Part shown: in pieces, positions 1 through 14,470 of the stretch
Position numbering within the stretch: position 1 is the first letter of the stretch
Layout of the letters: each line of letters begins with the position of its first letter
From: Eledone cirrhosa
Lineage: Eukaryota
NCBI GenBank assembly: GCA_964016885.1
Contig: OZ024741.1
Coordinates: 101,742,001 to 101,806,000 of the forward strand
Length of the DNA: 64,000 bases
Direction of reading: 5' to 3'
Position numbers and translations under genes: made by a program
Notes under the pieces: model-generated
Told to the model about the DNA's origin: nothing
Database searches by the model: none
What the model saw: the letters and a program-made list of their open reading frames with translations, nothing else

Positions 1-775
1 ATTTTCCTTTTCAAATGAAATTTGAAAAAGTTAATCAGGGCATCACCGAAGAGGTAAGTGCTCGTCTTCAGCCCTTTCAAACGTGTCCACCATACTATCT
101 CTTTCGCCATAGCCACCAGACAGATAAAAACTGCTTGCCCTTCCCGACTAAAGGAAGGGGGCGGGGAAATCCTCACGATGAACTCAGCTGATAGCTGGAT
201 CCGTCCTACACGCGCCAGTAGGTGTTCGACATAAACCCACAAGTCAGCAATGCTCGGATACTGGACGAGTGCGTGCAGGACAGTTTCGTCGCCCTGCGTG
301 CATCTCGGACATGCCCGGCTGACGGCACCTCCATTCTTGTAGAGTTTATCCCGAACTGGCAAAGCTCCTCGGTAGCACTGCCAGGCTAGGGATTTCTGGA
401 AATTGTCCATAGGCCCGGCCCGAAAGTTCTTCCGAAGAGATTGGCTAGTTGATTTTCGTCGACGCCTAGGGTTTCCCCAAGTACGTCGTCGCTCTTCCCC
501 TCCACTAATCCTCTATAGAACGCAAAGGTGGAGTTTCCACCGATCACATTGCCCGATTGGTCGAGGGCTGTGAGCGCCTGAAGACATTCCAGTCTCCAAG
601 CTCTCCCTCTCGGTCTTCGCTTGACCCAGGACTGCAGCTCCGTCAAGGAGACGAGCTGGGAAAAGACGCGTCTAACAAACGGCGACCACACCTGATCACC
701 GTCAAGGAAGAGGTGGAGATGTCGTAGCCTGAGCGCGTGTCTGCGCATCATCAGCCACGGCATGCCCAGCCCTCA
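1..775 (-). mobile_element. Tx1/L1-clade LINE fragment (post-RT region and Cys-rich C-terminus), frameshifted
   Basis: GLGMPWL...RHALRLRHL...VWSPFVRRVFSQLVSL in ORF 386-763; 1-400 is the reverse complement of the copy at 59090-59480 (CPRC..DET..HA). Confidence 0.8.
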
Positions 776-940
776 TATTTTTAATATATATTTTCCTCCA
801 CTGTGACCCGTCTGTTTCTTTCTTACTGCTTCCCTTTTTCTCTGTATCTCTCACTTCCTTTTACCCCCTCTACCAGTCACTCTCTGTTAGCCTCTTCCTC
901 ACGCTTTCACTCACTCACTCTCTGCTACTCCTTCTCCTAC

Positions 941-1203
941 TTCCTCCCGTTTGACCTGTGCGAGATTCTTTCCCCACTCACACTTCGACCAGGTCGGATG
1001 GTCTTTATTCTCTCTCGTCTACGATTTCACAGAACTTATGTTCATCGAGTTCAGGGACTTGACTCCTTCTTCCTCCCATTGACCTGTGCGAAATTCTTTC
1101 CTTACTCACATTTCGACCAGGTTTGATGGTCTTTATTCTCTCTCGTCCACAATTTTACAGAACTTATGTTCATCGATTTCAGGGACTTGACTCCTTCTTC
1201 CTC
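941..1203. repeat. Tandem duplication, about 128-bp unit x2
   Basis: ttgacctgtgcga...cagggacttgactccttcttcctc occurs at about 951-1075 and 1079-1203. Confidence 0.85.
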
Positions 1204-1374
1204 ACTTTTCGTTGCATTGCCATCTTTGTTTGTTTACTGTCTCGCTTGTTCCCCCGATTTACGTCTCCCAACGACTTTCTTTAGCCGTTGCTCGCACCAA
1301 CCAGAGGTATATGGACTTTAAAGCGATGAAATACCAATGAAGGGTGGAAGATCACTGATGAAGGACTAAATTTA

Positions 1375-1430
<56 letters not shown>

Positions 1431-1531
1431 GGTATATATCGAGGGACAACTGTACACATACACACATATATAAATATATATATATATATATATACGGTTT
1501 CTATAGGACTAGAACTGTTGAAATCCCCAAG

Positions 1532-1582
1532 GCTTTCCTGATGATTTAAAACGAATAAAACAGTTCTAGTCGCGTAGAAGTT
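1532..1582 (+). ncRNA. Degenerate type-I hammerhead ribozyme (ACAG/CTGT family)
   Basis: CTGATGA at 1538-1544, then AAAAC (GAAAC mutated) agttctagtc gcGTA gaag; same family as 38715 and 54373. Confidence 0.5.
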
Positions 1583-1671
1583 ATTTTCTTTTTATCTGAA
1601 ATAAGTTACTTCATGGATTGAGTACCTTATTTAATTGTAGTTTCTTTTCTTTCCTCTAAGGGAAACCATTA

Positions 1672-1914
1672 TACAGGAGGGAGTGCTGAAAAGTTCTTGG
1701 CTTTGGATAAAAAAAAAATACAGGAGGATCAGTTAATTATGATTTTATTGAACATATTACCCTCTCAGATTCACACACTTATTGCAGCGATCCTTCACTT
1801 TTTCTAAGCCCTGTCAAAAACAACAACAACAACAAAAACAACAACAACAAAATAATTCGGAAGAATGGCCCTCTGCAGCAGTGATCAAATCAGGAACTTT
1901 TCAGTACCCCCTCG
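1672..1914. mobile_element. Mariner-type MITE
   Basis: Terminal inverted repeats gagggagtgctgaaaagttcttg ... caggaacttttcagtaccccctc. Confidence 0.6.
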
Positions 1915-2887
1915 GAAACCAAAGAACGCACCAGGTTTCCGCCAGAGAAGTTGTCACATGTGGCATCTCAGATGAGGCCCCTATCACCACGGAACTGGAA
2001 GATTGTCATTACTGCCTGTCCTTTTACCGTCCACTCAGTCCAGCCTCACTGGCTCGAGTTGTGAACATTTCATTACAGTTTTATTCATTTCCTTCGTCCA
2101 GTTGGTTCTTGCCTCGTTCTTTTTCTTTCCTACAACACCAGCAGTATTTGGATGACAGCCAGATCCCTGCAGTTGGACCAGGGAGTACTTGTCGGGTTAG
2201 AGTCCTTCGCATGAAGTTGCAACCTCCTTTCTATCGTTTTTTTAATGTTTTAGTTTAGACATTTAAGCACTCATAAAGAGGATTAGTGAATTTAAGGTTG
2301 CACTATTACTAGTGTTTTTTAACGTGACATTATCACTAGAGTGGGGTGATTTACGTGTCACTTTTTATTATTATTACCATCTGTTAGACACGCAGTGACT
2401 AACCACAGAATGTTTTAAGTCTGCGTGTCTTGACATACATGCGTAACTTGTGAATAAAAAATTCAAGGTGTATCGGTGGTCATGGTGATCCCTCCCAAAC
2501 ATCTTTTGTAATGTATCGTCTTATTGGCTAATTTCATCGTCTTATTGGCTAATCAACCAACGAGAGTAATTGTTGCTCAAAAGCATCTGCCACTTTGTTT
2601 GCACGTTTATTTATCGTTTCGCTTTCGAATCTTCCTCCAGTATTTCGTCGTTTATCATCAAAATATTTTTCTCGTTTTGGTAAGTTATATTGTTAATTTA
2701 ATATGATTTTTTAAATTTATATTAACTATTAAAAGTCTGAAAATATTTTTATACATCTTACAATAATATTTATAAGATCGTTTATAAAATAACAATTATA
2801 TAATCTAATTACATTACAACGATAATTTATTATTAATATATATCATGTTTAACTAGAGTTATTACAAGCGTTGCCTTAAAAAAAATT

Positions 2888-3337
2888 AAACTAGACCTGA
2901 AAAATGCGCAAGCTCAAAAGAGCCACAGAATGTTATAATAAACCTTCAAAAGTGTGGGACTAGAGTTGTTGCTCAAAAATATTGTAATCATTATCTATCG
3001 TACACTCTGTGGCATCCTTTTATAAAAAAGAGACTCATAACGAACTCAAGACGATACGATAATTATTTAAGCTAATGTTCAATATCTCATATTAGATGTT
3101 TAGTAATGATTAATACGAAATGCGCTTAAACCGAATTCTATATTATAAATTCACTTAAATAATTATCGTGTCGTCTTGATTTCGTTATGAGTCTCTTTTT
3201 TATAAAAGGATTCCACAGAGTGTACGATAGATAATGATTACAATATTTTTGAGCAACAACTCTAGTCCCACACTTTTGAAGCTTTATTATAACATTCTGT
3301 GGCTCTTTTGAGCTTACGCATTTTTCAGGTCTAGTTA
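2888..3337. repeat. Inverted repeat, about 185-bp arms with about 80-bp loop
   Basis: aactagacctgaaaaatgcg...ataattatttaag (2888-3071) pairs with cttaaataattat...catttttcaggtctagtt (3153-3337). Confidence 0.9.
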
Positions 3338-3625
3338 AAGATCTTTGTGCCGTCTTTAATGTTCTTTTAATGTGAGCTCCGTGTGGCTAACGGTGAAATG
3401 ATTATTATCATTTTTTAAAATTGTTGTTTTTCAAATGTTTCTGTGGTAGTGGTGGTGATGGTCGCGTGGGTATCATTGTAATTGTTTGATGTCCATGGTT
3501 GTTTTGTTTTGGTTATCGTTTCTCTTTTTGTTATTATTAGGCAGTGGATTGGCAGTGTCGGTCGAGGGCCGGACGCCATGCTTTGCAGCATAGAGTTACG
3601 GCTCTTTATGGTCTGAGTTCTAAGA

Positions 3626-4990
3626 AGATTAGTGATGGGTAAAAGTGACGACGTTCTTGGGGAAACTCTGGGCGTTGACGACAATCAAGTAGCTATTCTC
3701 TTCTGAAGGACTTTCGGTCTAGGGCATATGGATATCTTTCAGAAATCCCTGGCCTGGCAGTGTTACCGGGGAACATTGCCGGTCCGAGATAAACTCTGCA
3801 GGCATGGAAGTGCTAGCAGCCGAGCATGTCCGAGATGCGTGCTGGGCGAAGAAACCGTCGTGCACGCACTCGTCCAGTGTCCGAGTATAGTTGGCTTGTG
3901 GGTTTATCTCAAACACTTACTGTCACGTGTGGGATGGATCCGACTGTCAACTGAGTTCATCGTCAAAATGGCTCCACCGCCCTTCCTTAGCCAGGACGGA
4001 CAGGCTTTTTTTTGTCTGTCTGCTACATCTCCAGTGCTTCATTAACGGTGAACAGGTATGGTCATCGTTCGCCAGACACGTTTCCCCAGCTCGTCTCCTT
4101 GAGGAAGCTGCAGTTATGGATCAAGTAAAGACCGAAAGGGAGCGCTTGCCAACTGAAATGTCGTCAAGCGCTCACAACCCTCTACCAGTCGGGCTCTGCG
4201 ATCGATGGAAAACTCAGGTTGGTGTTCTACGGAGAAAACCAACGGCGTCCTCGAAGTGACTCTGGGCGTCAAATACGACCAACTAGCCACTCTCTTCTGG
4301 AGGCTTTTCATCCCGGGTTGATGGATAATTTCCAGAAATCCCTCGCCTGGCATTGCCAGTTGGCGATAAATTCTACGACACAGAAGTGCTGGCATTGGGC
4401 TTGTATAAGATACACGAGGGTCGACGAAACCATCCTGCACGCACTTATTCAGCTTCGGAGCATTGCTGATAAGCGAAGTTATGTCAAACAGCTGCTGTTG
4501 TGTGCAGGACGGATCCGGCTGCCGGCTGAATTCATTGTGAAGATAGCCATCTTCCATTAGTCGGGAAAGGCAGGCAATTTTCATCTACTCCGTGGCTATG
4601 GCGAAAGAGGTTGTGTGTGAAAGTGATCGAAAGGGTTAAAGACTGGGACTCTACTTTTCGGCGAAGCCCTAATTAACTTTTTCAAGTTTCACTTAAAGAG
4701 AAAAGTCTGGGTGGAGAGGTAAATATAGACTTTATTGAAAGGTCGATGAGAGTGTCGAACATGGTCCGAGAGAACGGACCTGCTCTGAGTGTACGCTTGT
4801 AGACGGGAGGAAGACTATTGTGATGGAGCTCTAGCGGTCAAGGGGGCCGTTGCTTTTTGAGGACTTTCTCCACGAGTGACCATTGGAAGTCTTTCTCTCC
4901 CGATTGGAGAATTTTCTTTTGTTTAAATTTTATGTGTTGTTTTTGTTATTATATTTTACACGATAAAACCCACACAGTATCGTCCTGTGC
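3626..4990 (+). mobile_element. Two adjacent decayed Tx1-family 3' fragments, preceded by a SINE head at about 3545-3625
   Basis: FQKSLAWQCYRGTLPVRDKL..CPRC..EETVVHALVQC (3728-4045) and a more decayed repeat (4219-4560); homologous to 59125-59592. Confidence 0.75.
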
Positions 4991-5397
4991 TGTCAGTGTT
5001 TACTGAAGAAATCATTCTTCTTCACGTGTAAAATTACTTCGAGTACTGCAACCATGAAGACAACGAAAGCGAAGCTCAACCAGTGTGACATGTCTTTTCG
5101 CAGCTCATCTCCTTGACCGAACTACAGTCCTAGGTCAAGCACAGCCCAAGGTTGGGTGCTTGGGTTCTTGAGTGTTGCCAAGCGTTCTCGGTACTTGATC
5201 TGGAAAACGGTATAAGCGAGCAGAAAACGACATTTGCTTTCTATAGACGGTAAATAGAAAATATTAATGTTGGTAGTTAATTAAGATATATATTAAGAAG
5301 TTCACTAAGAAGCCGAAGTGTACGATATAGTCATGTCTGTATCCATATAGAGTGGGTGATATCTCGGTTACACACTCTGTATATATACGGATATAAC

Positions 5398-5500
<103 letters not shown>

Positions 5501-5599
5501 CGACAGTCGATTGACTTTCATAAAATCGGACCGATGTTTCGGACAAATATTTCCATTGGTCTTTCCAATTGCTAATACTATCTATCGGTCGCAACTCCA

Positions 5600-5745
5600 G
5601 GTAGAAGGAGCAACGTGAAATCACAAGGCATTGGTCAACCCGGTGCTATAATAGAAGATACTTCTCCAAGGTGCTGTACATCGGGACTCAACTCAGAATC
5701 ACATGGTTGTGAAGCGACCTCTTTAACCAGACAGCCATGCCTTGA
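5600..5745 (-). mobile_element. tRNA-derived SINE 5' part
   Basis: Minus strand reads ggcatggctgtctggttaa (A-box-like) ... ctgagttgagtcc (B-box-like) ... caccttggagaagt. Confidence 0.55.
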
Positions 5746-5978
5746 ACTAATTCTCAGCAATAACGATAATTCTATGTGGATTATAGTTGTCGAGTATATA
5801 CGGTATTTAGTGTTACACCGGTGTAGGCTGGATCATCCAATGCACAACGATAACTTGTCTGTATGACGGGTATCTCATAAAAGCCCCAACCTTATTCTGA
5901 TGTTATGGCAGAGCTGACATTTCCTTGATCTAAAGTTTTTAATTTCAGCCCATTTACACCCCCCCCACACACACACAT

Positions 5979-6010
<32 letters not shown>

Positions 6011-6104
6011 CTATATATATATCCATATGATGTTAACGAATATGAAAATGAATTGAAATGTTCTTTATTATAGCTAAATGATGAGTCTTGTTACTCTAGA
6101 GTTT

Positions 6105-6295
6105 CACCTGTGTACTCACAGATCATCAGACAAATCTATTAGTGAACATTTAGATTTGTGTGCAACGAATAAATCCTCAAAATTCCAAGTTTTTCCATTA
6201 TATCGTTGTCTAAATTATGCTACTGATCAAAACCGAATAAATAAGGAAAATATATTTAGTAAAAAATACAAACCACGCCTGAATAGACTCTATCC
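6105..6295 (+). mobile_element. PLE GIY-YIG C-terminal remnant
   Basis: SISEHLDLCA..FQVFPLY..RINKE..KYKPRLN aligns with LSEHIDTCA..FRIFPLY..RISKE..KYGPRLN of ORF 40170-41591. Confidence 0.7.
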
Positions 6296-6373
6296 CGCCC
6301 CCCGCACACGTAACATTCCTCTCCTAATTATTACTATTCTCATCATTGTTATTGTTGCTGTCATTATTATTAT

Positions 6374-6950
6374 GTTGAATTGTTGAATAGCATAGTTACG
6401 TCCCTTTACAGTCTGAGTTCAAATCCCACCAGGGTTAACTTTGCCTTTCATCCTTACGGAGTCGATAAAATAAAGTACCAGTAATGTACTGGGTGATTGC
6501 TGGCCTTGTGCTTAAAGTAGAAACAATTATTATTATGTTGAATTGGCAGAATCGGTAGAGCGTCGAACACCATGCCTTGCAGCACAGAGTTACGGTCCTT
6601 TAGGTTCTGAGTTCAAATTCCGCCGAGGTTAACTTTGCCTTTCATCCTTGCTGGGTCGATAAAATAAAATACCAGTCACGCACTGGGGTCGATTTTATCG
6701 ATTTTCCCCTCTCCCAAAATTGCTGGCCTTGTGCCTATATAAGAAACCATTGTTATTATGTTGAATTGGCAGAATCGGTAGAGCGTCTGACACCATGCTT
6801 TGCACCATAGAGTTACGGCCCTTTACGTTCTGAGTTCAAATTCCGTCGAGGTTAACTTTGCCTTTCATCCTTGCGGGGTCGATAAAATAAAGTACCAGTA
6901 ATGCACTGGGTAATTGTTGGCCTTGTGCCAAAAGTAGAAACAATTATTCT
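6374..6950 (+). mobile_element. Three head-to-tail copies of tRNA-derived SINE family A (Nin-like core)
   Basis: Repeated gagttcaaat..ccgccgaggttaactttgcctttcatcctt..gggtcgataaaataaagtaccag...ggccttgtgcc..aagtagaaac with (att)n tails. Confidence 0.85.
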
Positions 6951-7096
6951 TATGTTACCACATGATCCTCTGTGCCGTACAGAGAAAGGAATAAATCGCT
7001 ATTGCTCACACACACGCAGAATACACACACACACGCACCACACAAGAATAAATAAAAGAGAATACATTTACACGCACACACACACACATATATATG

Positions 7097-7430
7097 AAGG
7101 CGTGTGTCTTTAGTAGTTAGAGCGTTGAACTCACAATCGTAAGGTTGTGAGTTCGAACCTGGGTGCGGGCGGTGCGTTGGGTTCTTGAGGAAAACACTTT
7201 ATTCCCTGTTGCTCCCGTTCACTCAGCTGTAGAAATGACTTGCGACGTCACTGGTGCCAAGCTGTATCGGCCATTGCCTTTCCCTTGGAAAACATCAGTG
7301 GCGTTGAGAGAGGAGAGTGGCATGCATGGGCGTCTGCTGGTCTTCCACAAACACACCTTATCTAGACTTGTGCCTTGAAGGGGAACTTTCCAGGTGCAAA
7401 ACCAAGGTCACTTGTTACCGAAGAGGGCCG
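7097..7430 (+). mobile_element. tRNA-derived SINE family B
   Basis: tagtagttagagcg (A box) and gagttcgaacc (B box); second copy at 47752-48085. Confidence 0.8.
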
Positions 7431-7657
7431 ATGATATATATCCATACTGACTGGTGGAATACATTTTCAATGTAATCTCGGATAACTTCAGTACACCATT
7501 TTATTATTACATAACAATAAAAAGAGTCCTATCATTATGGGACGTTCTCTATATATGTATATATAAGAATTAGAGGAAAAATATGAAGGAAAAAAAATCG
7601 AAAGACAATTTAAATCAAAATTTATTCGCTTATGTTTTCACGTGTGTCTAAGTACGT

Positions 7658-7688
<31 letters not shown>

Positions 7689-7720
7689 GCATATATACAC
7701 ATATCTATACATATATATTC

Positions 7721-7761
<41 letters not shown>

Positions 7762-7821
7762 ATGTATATATATATATAATGTATATATATATGTGTGTGT
7801 GTATAAACACACACACACACA

Positions 7822-7931
<110 letters not shown>

Positions 7932-8087
7932 CACGCTTGGTATTGACGGTCGCGAGAATGATTCTGCAATTCCATAGTAGCGATAGTCTTATTACATGCG
8001 TAGTATAACTCAGGCGATGTTCCCGTGTATACACACAGTTGTCAGACATGACTGCCTTATCATATAATCCTGTATAAATAATACATG

Positions 8088-8954
<867 letters not shown>

Positions 8955-9112
8955 AAGAAACATGTGTGTATGTGTGTGTGTGCATATAGGCATAGATGTA
9001 TTTGTGTTATTGCGCGCCTTTCTGTAAGAACGCATGCGCATTCTCAAGCAGTCTCTCAATATAAGGGTGTGTTAACAAAGAGATTCGTGTACTTTTAAAT
9101 ATATATACATAC

Positions 9113-9191
<79 letters not shown>

Positions 9192-9471
9192 ACATATATA
9201 TTTACATATACGCTCACGCGACTGCATTCTTTCATCCTGTCGTCTGTCTGATTGTCTCAGTTTTCTTTATCATTCTTTTTGTTTCATTCATTCATTCCTC
9301 CTCCCAACCTCCTTTTTCTCCCCCTCCTCCTCCCCTTTCTTCTTCTTCTTCTTCTTCTTCTTCTTCTTGCAACCCCTCATCCGCCATCAGACTCTCAAAG
9401 TGATCTGCAGCACAAGGAGTATTACACAGTTATCTGAGACGTAATATATACATATATATTTATATACAAAT

Positions 9472-9940
9472 TACAAATTAATATATGATAAACACTAATA
9501 CAAGTATATAAGTGTTTGTATTGCAAATGACCAAGTTAGCTAGATTGAAAAATACTAATTAAATTAATACAATTTGCCTGTCTCGATTTAAAATAATAAA
9601 TCAATAAAAACATGGGACACCATGTGCGTTCAACAACACAGTTCTCTCAGTCTTCCTAAGTATTTTGAAGTGAAACATACCAATTTCTGGATACCTGCAG
9701 CTGAGCACAGAAATGGAATTTTCACTTATTGTTGCGAAACAGATTTGAGTTTTGAAATTAAAATTTGTCCAGGTATCACGGCTATTGCCAATATTGGTTT
9801 GTTTTTATTGATTTATTATTTTAAATCGAGACAGGCAAACTGTATTAATTTAATTAGTATTTTTCAATCTAGCTAACTTGGTCATTTGCAATACAAACAC
9901 TTATATACTTGTATTAGTGTTTATCATATATTAATTTGTA
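9472..9940. repeat. Inverted repeat, about 140-bp arms; same family as 33704-34198
   Basis: tacaaattaatatatgataaacac...tcaataaaaaca pairs with tgtttttattga...gtttatcatatattaatttgta. Confidence 0.9.
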
Positions 9941-10024
9941 TTTCACGGCTCAGAAATATCTCTTTCTTTGAGCTATTTAATTGTAAAAGACTGTTTGAGT
10001 TTATAACTCTATATATAGTATATT

Positions 10025-10097
<73 letters not shown>

Positions 10098-10129
10098 GCA
10101 ATTGAAGGCTTCAAGAAGATCTATTTACG

Positions 10130-10172
10130 ATAACTTTACCGGTTTTACTGTTTGATGATTTTCAAAAGTTAT
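10130..10172 (-). ncRNA. Degenerate hammerhead, U3-A8 variant
   Basis: Minus strand: ataactt TTGAAAA tcatcaaacagt AAAAC CG GTA aagttat; 7-bp stem I, G12 mutated. Confidence 0.5.
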
Positions 10173-10599
10173 GTGATATGAAGAGATGTGTCGCTATGTC
10201 ATGACGTGTATCGCATCTGGCGGATTGGGAGATTTCTATCCATTTTGTTCAAATAAAAGTGGCTTAGATTGCTATCTGTTTAAAGTACAATTTGATTGGT
10301 TATGAATGACCCCCTGATTAGGTATAGTGTTTTGTTATAGTTTCTGCGCCATACATCTCTCCTCATTTAAATCTCGAAAATCTTGAAACTCTGAAACCGA
10401 TAAAGTTATTGTAAATATATACTCTTAATGACTGCAATAGCATTTTAACCCCCATTCCTATTTTTTTTTGCTTATGTGGGATATAGAAAAACCTTACTTT
10501 CTTATATGATGGCTGCCCCCTGGTTATTGATTATGACCATTGCACGATATAACATTATTAATAATTATCAATTAATGCTATCGTGCATACATACATACA

Positions 10600-13452
10600 T
10601 AATAAAACAACAATATTAAATAAAATTGAACCAAATAATGAAATCTTACGTGCTATTGACGAAATAGAGGATGAATATTTACGACGAATTAAACCCCCCA
10701 CATTTTAGCAAATCAACGCCTGTTTATATGATCTAGCAACGACAGTGAATCATTATCTTGGTGATGGCAGAGATATTAACAAGAACAAAACTCCACCAAA
10801 AATACCATCATATATAACTAAAATAGATAAAAAGATTGAAAACTATAGGATATGTGACAATTCTGCTTACTTGCAAACAAAAACAAAAATAAACTTCACT
10901 CCTTACAAACAAAGAGTGAAAAAAAAATAGAAACGATGTTTGGTGACAGTACAACCAGAACTCTTCAATATAAGCTGATTACCCTCAAACAAGAATAGAG
11001 AGCTGTCAACGAGAAACGGCGATACCTGAAGAGGGTAGATGAAAGAAAAGTACTTAATAAAAGATTCAGACAGTACTAACATCAGTATATAGAGATATGA
11101 AGGACAAAGTAATAAATGTCACTGAGGCCCCCTCCCAGAAAGACAGATTCCTTCTGGAGAAAAAATATGGGGTGAAAAGAAGAATTTCAACCAAGGTGCA
11201 GTGTGGCTAAAAGAAATCCAAAAGAACTATTGTTCCTACACTACAACAAAAACATACGAAATAAACGAGGATACTCTTGAGACTGATAGGAAAATTCCAA
11301 GATGAGAAAACACAAGGAAGAGACATGATTGTCGGCTACTGGTACAAAACTTGATATTCTATCGGATGTATCTTGTGGCCCTCTACCAACAAGCTCTCAA
11401 GGGAGATACACATATACCAGAATGGTTGCTATTAGCATAAACAATACGTGTCCCCAAGAAAAAAGACACCCATTTGGCAAAAAACTACCGATCCATTGCA
11501 TGCCAAAACCTGATGTATAAGATGTATACAGCCTACCTGAACCTATTTCTCCAAGATCACTGTGAAAATAATAACATCGTCATAGATGAACAAGCAGCTG
11601 GAAAGAAAGGTGTTAGGGGTTGTGCTGTTAATTAACTGCGATGTCGGAGGTGCGACAACTTAGGAAGAATATGGTTAGAGTCTGGCTGGACTACAGGAGA
11701 GCATTTGATTCTGTTCCCCCACTCTTGGATGATAGAGGCCCTCTGACATGCTAAGGTACCAGACGCTATTATCAGAGCTACAGAGAAGCTGTCTTCTTCT
11801 TGGACTACTATCCTAAAGTTAAAAACAGAGGAGGACTCTATTTCCACTGATAAAATAAAATATTTCAGGGGTATATTTCAAGGGAACAGTCTCTCTGTGC
11901 TACTATTTATCCTGTCCTTAAACCCCCTGTTCTTTCTGCTCAAGAAATGTGAAGGATACATCATTGGCTCACAGGAGGACAGAAATATGAATTTAAATAC
12001 GAAACTCTATGCCAAGAACATAAATGGGATGAAGAAAAACTTTGATCTGGTTACAACCTTCTCAAAGGATATAGGAATGGAGTTTAGCTAAGATAAATAT
12101 TCATATATGATTATAAAGCGGGGAAAAACTACAACCCAATCTAACAACATTTTTGTGGCCTAAGTGTTTCACCGATATCTGACGAGGACTGCTACAGATA
12201 GATGAGAATATATCCTAAATATTATTTGTAATAAGGAACGCGTAACCAGGGAATATTACACCCGATTAAGAAAAATATGGTCATCGGAACTCACTGCGCA
12301 CAATAAAACAGTGGCCCACAATGTGTTTGCTGTGTCTGTCCTAACACCAACGTTTGGAATACTCGAGTGGACGATAGACGAAATCCGAGCAATTGACGTT
12401 AAAACACGAAAAATCCTAAACCCTACCGGAAAGTTCCACATCAACAGTGATATAGACTGCTTCTACTTGAAACGTAAACAGGGATGCAGAGGCCTAACAT
12501 CAGTTCAGGCAGCATTTGAATGTCGCATCATATCCCTCCGACAATATTTACAAACCTCCAAACGTAGAAGCCCACCTACAGAGCAAGTCTCTCTGCATGA
12601 GACAGCTAAGATCATGAGAGTTGGGAAGGAACTCCTTGAAAGATACTCCCAACATGATAATCAAAAGCTCACACCCAGGGAAATTGCCCAGCAATACCGC
12701 AGCCAATCCATGGATGAAAAACTGCATGCTTATCAGCAGAAAGTCATGCATGGATATGTTGCCAGGAAGCTCCAGAGTGAGAGTAATATAGATAAGCAAA
12801 GTAGTTTATCTTGGACCAACAACCGCTATATTGGCTCCACTTCGAAGGATATGCTTTTGCAATTCAAGAACAGGAAATCAACACAAAATAGATAGAGTTT
12901 CACAAAAGAGATAGAGTTGCAGGCAAAACACCTAGATGTGACAACAAGTGCAGACTCTGCAGAATTAACATCGAATATGTCACCCATGTCATAAGCAGCT
13001 GTCCAAAGATGTCATCACGGTATTATCTACATATGAGGTATGATGTAGTGGTCAAAACGCTGTACAATGCAATCCGGATATGTTAGTAAATGCCTCAGTA
13101 CAAATCTTAAGAAGCTAGACTTCACAGAGATAGAAAGAAGACGACTAGTTAGGAAATTACAAATACAATTCAATACAAGTGCAGTCAAAATATGTAAAAC
13201 ATTCCAAAAACTCTGCATCGAATAACTGCATATACACATGTACAAAGCATATTGACATGCACACATGTAACTCAAAACATCCACATCCACACATACATTA
13301 ACATCCATACCTGCACACACATGCATGCATGCAGACATGCAGACATATCTACCTCGCTGATGTTGAGTAAATTCTAATGAAAGTCTTGTGTCTATGTTGG
13401 AAACCGTATCTCACTCTATTGGGAAAAATTTATAAAATTATAAAACTAGAAG
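10600..13452 (+). mobile_element. Decayed R4/Dong-clade (restriction-like endonuclease) LINE
   Basis: RPIACQNLMYK, WLDYRRAFDSVPHSW, GIFQGNSLS..LF, FSKDIGMEF, FYLKRKQGCRGL and CRLC..HVISSC motifs with many stops and frameshifts; bounded by (CATA)n-like repeats. Confidence 0.85.
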
Positions 13453-13672
13453 AACATACACACGTACATACATACACAAATACATAAGGGTACACATGTA
13501 TATATAGTAGCGTTCTAGAATTCATGAAATATTAAATTTCCTGAATGGATGAAATATATTCAATGAAATTGGGAAGAGGATTTATCCATTTAACACTAAA
13601 ACAATTTACACAGAGAACGGTTTTTAATATTATTTTATTTTGTGTTTCGAATTTCTGTTATAAAAATGCACC

Positions 13673-13755
<83 letters not shown>

Positions 13756-13853
13756 AATACACTGTGAATTCGAATATTAATTATTTACTTTTTTTCTTCT
13801 CTTTTTTTTTCTCTTCATTCCATTTATATTGTTCAGTTTATATGAATACAAAT

Positions 13854-13859
13854 TTTATT
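13854..13859 (-). promoter_or_regulatory. Candidate polyadenylation signal of the neuropeptide gene
   Basis: AATAAA on the minus strand about 130 nt after the stop codon at 13987. Confidence 0.45.
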
Positions 13860-13986
13860 AACTTGCAAGTTATATACAGGTGTGCGTTTCTCACGTAGAC
13901 ACATATGCATGCACGACACCGGCTCACGCACAAATAGAACAGAAAGCAAAGCAATGGAAATAATTCGAATGTTCTATTACATCATT

Positions 13987-14130
13987 TTATGCGAAGTAGT
14001 TTTTACGGAACAAGCGCTTAGGCACAACATCAACGCTGCAGTCATTGCTGTTAAGAAGTTCCAGGAAATTGTGCACGGATGAGGTGGCTTTTGGACATAT
14101 AAAGTTGGCACATTGCATCATTTTGTCTTC
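13987..14130 (-). CDS. Last coding exon of an eclosion-hormone-like neuropeptide precursor
   Basis: Acceptor cttattctacttacAG|GAA; encodes EDKMMQCANFICPKATSSVHNFLELLNSNDCSVDVVPKRLFRKNYFA*; phase 0 matches the upstream exon. Confidence 0.85.
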   Translation of the reverse strand, partial: EDKMMQCANFICPKATSSVHNFLELLNSNDCSVDVVPKRLFRKNYFA

Positions 14131-14175
14131 CTGTAAGTAGAATAAGATTAACAAGAACTCATATAGTGCATAATG

Positions 14176-14241
<66 letters not shown>

Positions 14242-14421
14242 TATAAACATATATATACAATTATACTTGGGAAAAGTAAACAAGATAAGAAAAAAATTAC
14301 CTATTTACTTTTTATGGATAAATAGATGAATAAATATATGTACACACGCACGCACACATGCACACACGCACGCACACATGCACACACGCACGCACACATG
14401 CACACACGCACGCACACGCAC

Positions 14422-14469
<48 letters not shown>

Positions 14470-14470
<1 letters not shown>

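Noticed and set aside
1782-2258. 158-aa ORF with poly-Q
   Set aside because: It spans a MITE and a (CAA)n tract, starts at TTG and has no domain features.
7097-7170. tRNA gene candidates at SINE heads
   Set aside because: The A/B boxes run into SINE bodies and no complete cloverleaf could be drawn.
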